Shown piece by piece: positions 23,546 through 35,328 of a stretch of 64,000 nucleotides of DNA (positions are counted from its first letter, which is position 1; every line of letters starts with the position of its first letter). The DNA is from Selaginella moellendorffii (lineage: Eukaryota; Plantae; Lycopodiophyta): assembly GCF_000143415.4 (NCBI RefSeq), contig NW_003314348.1, positions 435,126-499,125 of the forward strand, given 5' to 3'. Below the pieces are notes generated by a model. That model ran no database searches. It saw only the letters and a program-made list of their open reading frames with translations, and had not been told where the DNA came from. Position numbers and translations under genes: made by a program.

Positions 23546-26500
23546 TGTAACACACATGGTTTTCATTATTTATCCTATAGTGATTTACTATAGGATAATC
23601 ACAAAGCAGAACATAAACCCTCTATATACCACATATCACATGCCACGTGCCATATGCCATGTGTCCAAAGACAGCAGAGTGGAACCCAAGTTTCAAGGCT
23701 TTGGGCCATTGAATGAAAGAATGGAGCAAAGCTCCTAAGTATAGGGCCAAAGAGTGAAGGAACTGAAGCACGGGGCAATGCCTCGAGCGTACAATCCAAG
23801 GAATGAAAGGATAAAAACATGGAGAGACTTGGAATAGTCTTAGAGCATTTAACATCCCAATGCCATAACCAACATGCTAAATGGAGCTAAAAGGAGTTTA
23901 GTGTTATTTTAGCATACTAGTGGCTTAACACGATAATATAGGTACTCCACAACCTAGCATAGTGTGAAACTTGGGTTTAGACTCAAGTTAGACCACAGAA
24001 TAAAGATAAGCATACAAGTGAAAACTAGACTATACCTTAGGTTGGTCAGTCATGCCTAACCTATCCATTGTCCCTACTATACATTTGGAACCCTCTACAG
24101 CCCCGCCCCCTTGAGGAATGCATTTTTAGGGCTTTCACTGTTAGCCATCTATAAGCGGCTAAAATTTTCCATTCTACTTTAGTCACTTAACCACACCTCT
24201 GACCACTTGGAGGAGTCTCATTCACAACCTCCTTAAGTCCAATTCAGGACTTGGGACTTGCTAGTCCCGAGAATGGCATCCATGCCACTCAACCCTTGCA
24301 CTTGGTCCAAGTGCTCCACGTGTCTAGTCCCAAGACCGACACCCAAAGGTACCACTGACATATCAGCCTATTACACTAAGGCCATGCCAATTCACCTTTG
24401 CCGCACTGGTGGTCCAATACCACTTGCATCACAATCCCGTCTCTCCAAGACTGGGCTGTCCGTCCACAAGTGGTCATTCCAGATCCACTCCTTAGCATCC
24501 TTAGGATGCCCACAAACATAGGGAATAGCCTTCCCCAACATCCCTTTGTTACTTTCTGCCAAGTCCCTTTTTCGTCCATGGCCATGTTCACCAATACTGC
24601 CACTAGATCAAGGCCCGCAGGCCTGGCCACTAAGTCCCATTGTCCTCTGGGACTTCCTCACCATGTGACCGTATCCGTAGTCACTACACTAGAGGATTGC
24701 TCCTCCTCCTTTCCCCCATTTGGGACTTCGGGACAACATTTCGGAACACCATGGCCCTACGCGAGCCCCATAGGTACTCTCCCCACCTTCCGCCTTTAGG
24801 TGCTCTAGCCATGGGCTTAGAGCGAGGTTCCATTGAGCCACACTAGGTATCCAAGTAGGTAGTGCCACCCACACTTGGACTGGGAGCATCGGCCAGTCGA
24901 TCTCCCGAGGGAACTAGAGCTGACTCTTGAACACTTCACCAAGTTTACCTTGCTTGTCGATCCGTATTCACTCTAGTCTTAGACTTCCCAGTAGTCAGTT
25001 CCTCACCCAACACTGGGTCTGGCCTTCCTGGGCCAAACTAGCCTTTCTAGCCCAAAATGGCTCCACTACAGTCCTCCCCCTACTAGACTTTTGGAGATCA
25101 CCAAACCCCCCACGAATGCTTTGGGCTTTCACCCTCTCAGACTCAAATTCGGACTCAGACTCGGACTCGGGCTCAGTCTTGGCCTCGGTCTCGGTCCCGG
25201 TCTCGGCTTTGGCCTCGGTCTCGGTCCCGGTCTCGGCTTTGGCCTCGGTCTCGGTCCCGGTCTCGGCTTTGGCATCGGTCTCGGTCCCGGTCCCGGTCTC
25301 GGTCCCGGTCTCGGCTTTGGCCTCGGTCTCGGTCCCGGTCCCGGTCTCGGTCCCGGTCTCGGCTTTGGCCTCGGTCTCGGTCCCGGTCCCGGTCTCGGTC
25401 CCGGTCTCAGTCCCGGTCTCTGTCTCGGTCCCAGTCTCGGTCTCGACATTGGACTCCATCTCGGACTCCGTCTCGGTCCATCTCAGACTCCATCTCGGGT
25501 CCATCTCGGACTCCATCTCGAGTCCATCTCGGACTCCATCTCGGGTCCATCTTGAACTTTATCTCGGGTCCATCTCGGACTCCATCTTGGACTCCATCTC
25601 GGGTCCTTTTCGGACTCCATCTCGGACTCCATCTCGGTTCATCTCGAACTCCATCTCGGACTCCACCTTGGACTCCAACTCGGGTCCATCTCAGACTCCA
25701 TCTCAGGTCCACCTCGGACTCCATCTCGGACTCCAACTCGGGTCCATCTCGGACACTTCCACGTGTCATGTGTTGGTTCTTTTGGGTCCCTTTTTTGAGC
25801 CTCGCTTATTGCTCCCTTCATGCTTGGTTTTTGAGCACTCCATTGGGAGTTCCACTCCCGCTCTCGACCTTTCAAGTCGGAGCCTTTTAGTCCAAACGTG
25901 TTACGCTCGTTTGACTTTCACTTCGGCCACTACCACGTGGCACCCTTTCGGCTCCACTTTGGGGCCTAGTGATTTGTGTTTGACAAATCCACTACCCATA
26001 GACGAAGTTAGATGTCCTCATCAAACGATAAACCATTTTATAAAGTAACACTAGCATGTATTACCTTCTCCATCCTTGGCACTTAGCCAATATATCGTCA
26101 ATGGTTTGACACCGAAGGCTCATCATGCCTTGTCCAACCTCTAAGGAGCATAGTGTCTCTAACATAGAAACTCATTTGACCACCTCAGGTGGTTCTCTCC
26201 CTTTTATTGGGTTTGCTCTCTCTAAATACATTAGAGACCCGTTCTCTAGCTCAATCCCACTACTCATTCTCAAGTAGTCCCAACTTCTATTGACATAACC
26301 AATTCACCTTGGAACTTTTAATTTTGACTTCTCGAAGTCAATTTCTTTGGTGTCTTTTGACATCTTTCACTGCACATATTGTGCAACTTCACTTCCCATT
26401 CTAGGAAGCTCCCCACTTGAGGGCGCCATCGTCCTCCTTTCTATTTTTATGCCACTTTTGGCACCAAGTTCCAGCCATCGTAAGTTGTGCTAGAGCTATC

Positions 26501-29500
26501 TATGGTTCTACTTTGCCACTCCCTCCCTTGGAGCTTTCACCTTTGCCAACTTGGAGCATTTGGGAATCCATCCTTAGAAGCACACTTCCTTTCTCACAAT
26601 CCGTTAGCATCTAACACATTAGTGTTCCATGCCTAACTTTGCTATTTGGATTCCTTCCAATGAACTCCATGGCCCACACTTGGCCACTAGTCTTTTGCTT
26701 TTATCCATTGATTGTTGCACTGAGTAACATAGGATCACTACCTTCATTCTCGAGGTATCCTTTTGGTTCCATGGCAAAGGCTCTACTTTGCTAAGTCCAG
26801 CGGGTGCTCACCCCTAGTATGTCTCTTTAGCAATTTCTGCTACGGGATTTGTCCACGGCCCAACTTTGCGACCCTCTCATGGGTCTCTCCCTGAGACTAC
26901 TTTTTTGAACTTACTATACCATCGTATTGGCACAACTGATTTCCCTTTAGGTGTCTTTCCCACTTGGTCACCTCGACCAAGCCACACCATTATTAATAGT
27001 TCAAATCAACACTTTGAACTGGGAATCATATTCCTTAACCCAAACAAAGACCTTGTCTTTATTTAGCCACAAGATCACCTAGTGATTTCATCTTGACGGT
27101 CTACCAATAGGAACTAGGTCTTCCAGACCCTTTTAAATTGTTGACTATGACCCCGGGGGCATCCCCCACACTTGGCAGTGCGCCCAAGCCAACCCTTCGG
27201 GCCAAGGATCCATAGCAACTGAGATTGAGTGTCCTCATCTCATTCACCATGTCCTTGGTGCCCTTTGCACCAAAGTGTTCAAGTTAGATATGTCGAGCTT
27301 TCACTCTAAGCAATCTAACCGTGCATCACGACTTCGAGGCATCCCTCGCTTGGTAGTGTGCCTAAACCAGTCTCCTCACTAAGAGTCCATGACCACCGAA
27401 ATATGAGTGTCCTCATATTCCAAACCATCACCACGCCCTAGTGATTTGGGACTCGAACCCAAGCACTAAAAGGTTGGGACTTAAACCTCCGTATATGCAT
27501 CTACAGACGGCATCACCCTAAATGCCTGGCATGACTCCCCACGCCGGTGCACCAACTTATACTTAAAGCGCGCTATAAATCACAGCTTAGGAACCTAGTT
27601 CCTCCACACTTGCCAAGTCCTCTCACTTGACACGTCTGTGATCATGCATGGACTCTGCCATGTTTGGCCCCATGGCCCACCCCTTTTTGAAGTTATCACC
27701 TTCAACTAAGGTATTTGTTCCCCTGACTTGCCAATCTCGCTTGGCAAGTCCTCCGACCACCGTAACATGATTCCTGCATAAGCGTGAAAGTCCTTGACCA
27801 CTGACTTTTTTTCAAAGCCCTCTCTTTGAACACTCGGGAATTACTTCTCTAACCTTGATAACCTTGCCTCACGGCAAGCTTCAAGACCACGCTTCTGCTA
27901 CGCCACTTTGGTTTCGTGCGTTCCATGAACCATTTACACTTGGCCTTTTTAGGTACTAAGCTACCTAGAATCGTCTTTGGGAACCTTGAAGGAACTCTCC
28001 ATATTTTACACTCTTCATGGCATCACAGTTGCTAACAACAACACCCTCGAGCCCCCACTTGATTCTCCACTCCCAACTAGCATAACCACCTTTGGTTATC
28101 CCCTTCGATTCCTATGGTTTGGTTTTATCCCCTTACTACTTGTTTTTAGCTTCCCACCTTTCCTTCAGTCATTCTCCTCCAGACTAGGGGGATAGCTTTG
28201 CACTTTCTATCATGCATTAGCAAGTATTCTTAGGGATGAACTGACCCGATAGCCTAGGGAGCAATTCCTCAATCTAGGTATGCTCACCTTATAATCCCAC
28301 ATACCAGGATTAATGTTGTTGCTTATGGGCCCTTACATGCCTATCACTAGCTTTGCCAAAATTCCATTTTTGGCTTTGTCTAATTCGGGTAGACAGTCTT
28401 TTCCCGTTTCCGCAATATTGGACATTTGGATAACACCTTCTATCCATCGTTTGCTAAGGACTTAGTCCCTTGGGACTTATCTATTGCCCTCGCGACATCA
28501 AACACCACCTTCGGGTGTTCTAGAGTGTTTGGGTGTCCCAATGATGGCCTCTTTGACAATGAGCATTCCCCTTTTCAACATTAACTTACTATATCGCAAC
28601 ATAAGCAACTTATCCCCTATAAGGGTATAATGCTATTAAGAAGTTTTGGGTAATTACCTTTTACCAGTTTAACAAATTATCTTGCACTTTTTGCTTAGTT
28701 GCCTTATAGTTGTCAAGTCCTATAACTCATTGCTAGTGCTTCCACACGTCCATCATTGTTTTGGTCACCACACTCTACCACATGCTTTCCAGCTTAGACT
28801 ATGCCATTCCCATTTCTGTTGGGGATTCCTTTTGGCAAGGGGTTCTTATGAACCCACCAACATAACCTCAAGGTATCACACCTTGGCACATTTGGTGTTT
28901 TTACACCATTGGCCCCACGAGCTTATCTTTATGACACTACTTATTAGCGTCTAAGTCTTTGCCAAGACCAATATAGTTGTTCCTCATGTTAACTATCCGT
29001 TAGCACCGCACCATAGTATTTGCACCCAACTCTAGGCCAAAGTTGCTTTCTTCTGGGAACATCTTTCCCACAACTTTAGTATAGCACATTCTGCCATCAA
29101 TGAGATACCTACTGTTCTCATACTTGGATCTTATGATCCTCCCTATACCTCATGGGCACCATACCCTCAGTCCAAATGCTTCAACCAATCCCTTAGAATT
29201 ATTCTTTGACTCTTATTTGAATCATCTAGCTTTTTGGACTTTATCATCCGATGACCCATGAGGTCCTACCTTTGAGGTGCTAGCTCGCTAGAATACAACT
29301 TCTTGTATTCAGGTCCTACTCACAACGACCATCTTTGCAAGTGTTACTCCGACACTTGATTTGTTCTCTTAGGGCAATCTTTTGCCCTTTAGGACCACTT
29401 GTCCATGTGATGAGAATACCAACTCATCCTCTGAGTACACCCCTAACTCCTTGGGTTGTTCCAGCATTTATTAGAGGTAGCCTCAGCTACCATTTCATAG

Positions 29501-31582
29501 ACTCGTGTCCTTTTCCGTATTTGACCTCCTGCGGTCATTATTTCTAGTCTCACATTCATAAGCACCAACCTCAACTATATAAGGATAATCTTGCGACTCC
29601 TTTATTGCTTTGGAGTCTCTATCTTTCTCATGATCCCACCTATAGTTGTTTACCACAACTACATTAGCCAATTGGCTACATTAAACACTCATCTAGATCA
29701 CATCCTCAACTTTCTAAGGAAACCCTTATACTGTTCCCAAGATCCCAAAGTCGTTCCATTACTGGCTCCTTTTCTATCCACCACATCGAGCCCAAGTTCA
29801 CGCATGAACTTGAGTGGAGAGCCATGTCCTCTTGACATGCTACTCCTGAAGGATAAGCCCACTTCTAGGACATTCCAATGCTAATATCAATGGTGATATA
29901 CTTGAGCACCAATAAAAGTCGGACTAAGGAACAGCTTCGATACCAAGTTGTAAGCGACTAAAATTTTCCATTCTACTTTAGTCACTTAACCACACCTCTG
30001 ACCACTTGGAGGAGTCTCATTCACAACCTCCTTAAGTCCAATTCAGTACTTGGGACTTGCTAGTCCCGAGAATGGCATCCATGCCACTCAACCCTTGCAC
30101 TTGGTCCAAGTGCTCCACGCGTCTAGTCCCAAGACCGACACCCAAAGGTACCACTGACATATTAGCCTATTACACTAAGGCTATGCCCATTCACCTTTGC
30201 CGCACTGGTGGTCCAATACCACTTGCATCACAATCCCGTCTCTCCAAGACTGGGCGGTCCCTCCACGAGTGGTCATCCCAGATCCACTCCTTAGCATCCT
30301 TAGGATGCCCACAAACATAGGGAATAGCCTTCCCCAACATCCCTTTGTCAGTTTCTGCGAAGTCCCTTTTTCATCCATGGCCATGTTCACCAACACTGCC
30401 ACTAGATCAAGGCCCGCAGGCCTGGCCACTAAGTCCCATTGTCCTCTGGGACTTCCTCACCATGTGACCGTATCCGTAGTCACTACACTAGAGGATTGCT
30501 CCTCCTCCTTTCCCCCATTTGGGACTTCGGGACAACATTTCGGAACACCATGGCCCTACGTGAGCCCCATGGGTACTCTCCCCACCTTCCGCCTTTAGGT
30601 GTTCTAGCCATGGGCTTAAAGCGAGGTTTCGTTGAGCCACACTAGGTATCCAAGTATGTAGTGCCACCCACACTTGGACTGGGAGCATTGGCCAGTCGAT
30701 CCCTTGAGGGAACTAGAGCCGACTCTTGAACACTTCACCAAGCTACCCTGCTTGTCGGTCCATATTCACTCTAGTCTTGGACTTCCCAGTGGTCAGTTCC
30801 TCACCCAACACTGGGTCTGGCCTTCCTGGGCCAAACTGGCCTTCCTGGGCCAAACTGGCCTTTCTTGGCCAAACTGGCTCCACTGCAGTCCTCCCCCTAC
30901 TATACTTTTGGAGCTCACCAAACCCCCTAGGGTCTGGGAGACAAACGCTTTGGGCTTTCACCCTCTCAAACTCAAACTCGGACTCGGACTCGGACTCAGA
31001 CTCGGACTTGGACTCGGCCTCGGACTCGGACTCGGCCTCGGTCTCGGCCTCGGCCTCGGTCTTGGCCTCGCCTCGGCCTCGGTCTTGGCCTCGGCCTCGG
31101 CCTCGGTCTGGGTCTCGGCCTCGGCCTCGGTCTTGGTCCCGGTCTCGGTCTCGGTCTCGGTCCCGGTCTCGGTCTCGGTCCCGGTCTTGGTCTCGACCTC
31201 GGACTCCATCTCGGGTCCTTCTTCGACTCCATCTCAGATTCCATCTCAGATTCCATCTCGGACTCCATCTCGGACTCCATCTCGGTCCATCTCGGACTCC
31301 ATCTCGGGTCCATCTCGGACTCCATCTTGGACTCCATCTCAGTCCATCTCATACTCCATCTCGGACTCCACCTCGGACTCCAACTCAGGTTCATCTCGGA
31401 CTCCATCTCGAACTCCATCTCGGGTCCACCTCGGACTCCATCTCGGACTCCAACTCAGGTCCATCTCGGACTCCATCTCAGACACTTCCACGTGTCATGT
31501 GTTGGTTCTTTTGGGTCCCTAATACAATGGCATGGAACCCCATGCCATAATAAGTTACATTTTTAAATAAATACATGCCATC

Positions 31583-32467
31583 TCAGACTGTTATTTTTTG
31601 CCTCCAACGCCTATACAATAATCTTGGAATTTCATCACTCTCCACACTATCAGGATTTAAACCCAATAGTAATGCCATCTCTTCTCTAATACGTCCACGC
31701 TCATGTTCAGTGGTTGAAGAACCCATCCGGTTGAGCAGATTATGGAGATGCGGATAGTGCTTGGCTAGACAATATACATGCCATAAATGATGACTGGTGT
31801 TTGTCCGATCAAATGGCTTCTGATATACCGTTCCATCTGCCATTTGGTTGATTTCTGCAGCCACCTCCTGGATTGGCTGGTTCTCTATCACCATCGCTCC
31901 AAGCCGTTTTGCAAGGTCCCCCAGAACATATGGTTTCTTTTCCCTAGTTTCCATACTGCATGAGATGGGGTGCACTGCATATGTGTGCGTGTTCGCTGTA
32001 GTTTTAATCGGCGAGTCATCGATGATGAGGATTTCACTTGACCTAGCAGTCCGGTTCATCACTACAGCCTCTGGCTTGACGAAGATGGGCTTGCTACCCC
32101 TCACATGGACCATAGTCAAGCAATCCTCCTGCATTAGGAGAAAGTCAAATGGTAATATTACTCGTGTCAGATCATGTATCATCTGTAGCAACGTTAATGC
32201 ATTGTGGCGCATCATGGATGTCCAAACTCCCAATTGCAAATTGAACCTGGCCCTCTGTTTTAAGTGTCGTATGGTCATTATTAGATCCCGCAGTTTCTCC
32301 CGTGTGATTAATGTGAATCTGTCTCTTTTGACCAACTTGCGACCGCAGGCTTTGGAGGGTGCAGTGACATTCAAGGACGAACCACGCTCATAGGAGAAAA
32401 GGACACCGTTCAGATCAAAAACGATACAGTACCTTCGCCGTGACTCTGAAATGAAATGCGTCAGCAT
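31583..32467 (-). CDS. FCP1/NIF-like HAD phosphatase domain exon (intact)
   Basis: Same motifs as 292-1176 (DLNGVL, GVWTS, IIDDSP). Confidence 0.8.
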   Translation of the reverse strand: MLTHFISESRRRYCIVFDLNGVLFSYERGSSLNVTAPSKACGRKLVKRDRFTLITREKLRDLIMTIRHLKQRARFNLQLGVWTSMMRHNALTLLQMIHDLTRVILPFDFLLMQEDCLTMVHVRGSKPIFVKPEAVVMNRTARSSEILIIDDSPIKTTANTHTYAVHPISCSMETREKKPYVLGDLAKRLGAMVIENQPIQEVAAEINQMADGTVYQKPFDRTNTSHHLWHVYCLAKHYPHLHNLLNRMGSSTTEHERGRIREEMALLLGLNPDSVESDEIPRLLYRRWRQKITV

Positions 32468-34666
32468 AAAAAATGGTACAAGTCAATTTTACCATCTACA
32501 ATATTAGCGAATGGTGCTCCCGATGGTCGTTGAGAGGGTTTTGGTCGAGGAAACATGAAGGGCGGAAATACTCTCCTCTGCAATGTGGGGTCAATCGCAT
32601 CCGATGGCATGTGGGCACATGCCATTTCAGCTGTAGACTCTGGTACAACTGGCTCAACAGTGGCATGGGGTGGTTCCGATGGCGTGTGATCACACGCCAT
32701 TTCAGCTGGTGCCTCCGTTGGCAAAGTGGACATGACCGAACAGGCAGCAAGGGCGGTGTAGGGAGGTTCCAATGGCACGTAGTCAGACAATTGGGCACAC
32801 GTTGAGTCCGTTGGAAATGAGGATACGACCAGCTCGGCAGCTGGGGCGGCCTCATGCGGGTCCAATGGCGCCTGGTCACCGTCAGTTGGATACGTGGACA
32901 AGATTGACTCAGTGGTATGGGCAGCATCAAGTGGAGCGTGGTCAGCTTGCTTGGCGTTGATATGGATAGTAGCCTCCACCAGCTCTGATGACTCTTGCAG
33001 GCAAGTAGAGTCCACTGGCGGATCCATATGCATGTCCAAATATCTCCCTTCGATTGAGATGGTATCCTCCCTACTGGCTACTAAAAACAAACTCATTAGC
33101 ACATTGAATCGACTATACTATATTTACCATCAACTGCTATTGAGGAACTAGGACCGATATCACTTGGGCACACTGCTGATTCTGAAGGATTGGACATAAG
33201 TTTCGACCCTTGCTTGGCACTATCCTTCCTCGACACTAAAGGCTAGAGTTTGTATCTTAATTCAACTAAATAATCTCTACTTACCATTTGCTCTGCGACC
33301 TACATGGACAATGTTAGAAATGGTAAAAGGTTAGGAATGGATGTACTATTATTTACCTGATGGTTTGTCTTGTATGACCTTCCTCCGCTGCTCTTTGGCC
33401 ACCTCAGGCTGGCCATCGTCGTCATCATCGTCGTCGTCGTTATTGTGAGGACCATCCAAGTCCTCTTCGTCCTCCTCTTCTTTGTCCTCCTCTTTGTCCT
33501 TCTGCTCTTCCTGCTCATTATCTTTCTCTGGCTCCTCATCCCCCTCCTGCATTTCTTCCATAGGCTGCTCAGGCTGGATAGCTTGTTCTTCCAGGACCAT
33601 CTTGGGAAAATCATCTGGCCGAGTCTCCATCTCAAAATACAAGACATCCATAGCCTGTTTTAGTGTGTGACCTAGGACTGTATCCACTCATCAGATACTA
33701 GCCTATGGTTGTATTTGCTTTGGATGTCGATACGGCTCACGTCGATTATATATACTTTGTTGGAATAGTGACAAGTACTATTATCTGCGACGATTTTTGC
33801 TGCCTCTTCTTGCTCTTTCTGCTCTTTGCGGCTCTTCTTTTTGGTGGGTGTAGTGTTCGAACCCGAGGCAATGGCATCACCGAGTAGCTTCTTTTTTGAA
33901 GCAGGAGAGTCGGATGTCAGCTTGAGCTTGACCACCCTTTTCTGCTTCGGGGTAGTTTCCAGATCGACCCCCTTCCCCTTCGTTTCGCGAACTGGAGGCA
34001 CTCTCAATGGCTCAATGTTGGAATATAGTTTTTGAACATCGCCGTAGGTGAGGTCCGTGGATTCCATGTGATCTTCATAGACCCGCAGCGTCTTTGAAAT
34101 TGTGGGCCTCCTAGACAACCTCTCCCTAGCTCCCTCTAGGAATTCCTCATAACCGCTGCCCCCCTCCGGGAAGCCGCTAGGATGTGCAAGGTGGATCTTG
34201 AAGGCGGACGCTGTCTCTACCACAAGTGCCAGTCCATATTCTTGCATGGAACTGCATGGAGTGTCTGTCACTTGGATGAGGATCCCCATGCATTCTTTTC
34301 TCCCACCATCTGTGTTGTACAGCCTCAGATCCTCGCCTTCCATCCCGAAAGTCCAACTGGTGAGCTCCTCCCCCTTCTCTGCATCCACATTGACAGTGGC
34401 TGGAAGAAGAACGCAATTCCTCGCCTGTTCAGAAATGCACAACAATTAGAGCTGACAGATGAAAAACTAGTAGCTGGAAATAACGTGAGGCCACACGCCA
34501 TTCACCACTGCATCAGATGTCTTGAGGCTGCATCCTAAGATGGCGTGAGGCTACACGCCATCTGTAACCGGACTGCACTCGAGAGCCCAATCGGTGCATG
34601 CCAATGTTGCTACTGAATGGCATGTGGCCTCATGCCATTTTCTACTTGGCCTAAAAGACTTACCAT
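31583..34666 (-). pseudogene. Multi-exon gene: N-terminal domain, acidic tract, low-complexity linker, C-terminal FCP1/NIF-like phosphatase. 5' part disrupted; open from ATG 33687 (634 aa after splicing)
   Basis: Predicted exons: ATG 34666-34664, 34451-33357 (TAA at 34448-34446, frameshift ~33680), 33299-33285, 33235-33128, 33080-32493, 32445-31583. All introns are GT-AG and all downstream exons join in frame. Confidence 0.75.
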
Positions 34667-35328
34667 TTGAAGCCGAATGGAGGCGTGACAATCGAGGCCG
34701 GACTCGCTGGCGAATGTGCACTGTGTGTGCAGCGGATCGTAGCAGCAAGGCTACTCTGCCACTTACAGTTGGAGAGTGGCGCCGAAATCTCCCGGGACGC
34801 CAAGTGGGTTGCGTGTGGGTGGCAGAGTGGGCGGCGGAGTTGGCGGCAAAGTTACAAACTGGGTGTGTCTTGAAGTGGACACCGATGCACACGAGTGCGA
34901 TGCGAGCGCGAGTGTGATGCAAGCGCGAGTGGATGCCGATGCATACGAGAAACCTGTAGAGAAGGTAGATGAGCGCGAATGTGAGCGTGATCGCGAGTGG
35001 GAGCGCGATGCGAGCGTGAGTACGAAGCAAAATGCAAAACCTAACCTCATACGCGCGAAATGTCACGACGGTTGGTAATCCCGCAACGTCATCATTCCTC
35101 GGACTTGGGTGCCACCATTAATTTCTGCATCGCCGCGCGCATGCATGCACGTGAAATCCAAAAGAAATCCACAACGTCATCATTCCTCGGACTGCATGCA
35201 CGCGAAATCCAAAAGAAAGATCATGATTGGGATATCATTTAATACCCTCACTATATTTATACCATGCATGATTGGATATTCCAAAGCATCTTGTATTTCC
35301 AAAAATGCCAGATGTTCTGCTAAATAAA

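Noticed and set aside
31520-31548. Helitron 3' end (hairpin near block end)
   Set aside because: No CTRR terminus or A|T target, target DNA is deleted, and the twin at 1239 continues past this point.
34551-35078. Overlapping ORFs in the GC-rich repeat upstream of the phosphatase gene (likewise 39085-39547)
   Set aside because: Low-complexity repeats open in several frames with no recognisable domain; more likely 5' UTR or promoter.
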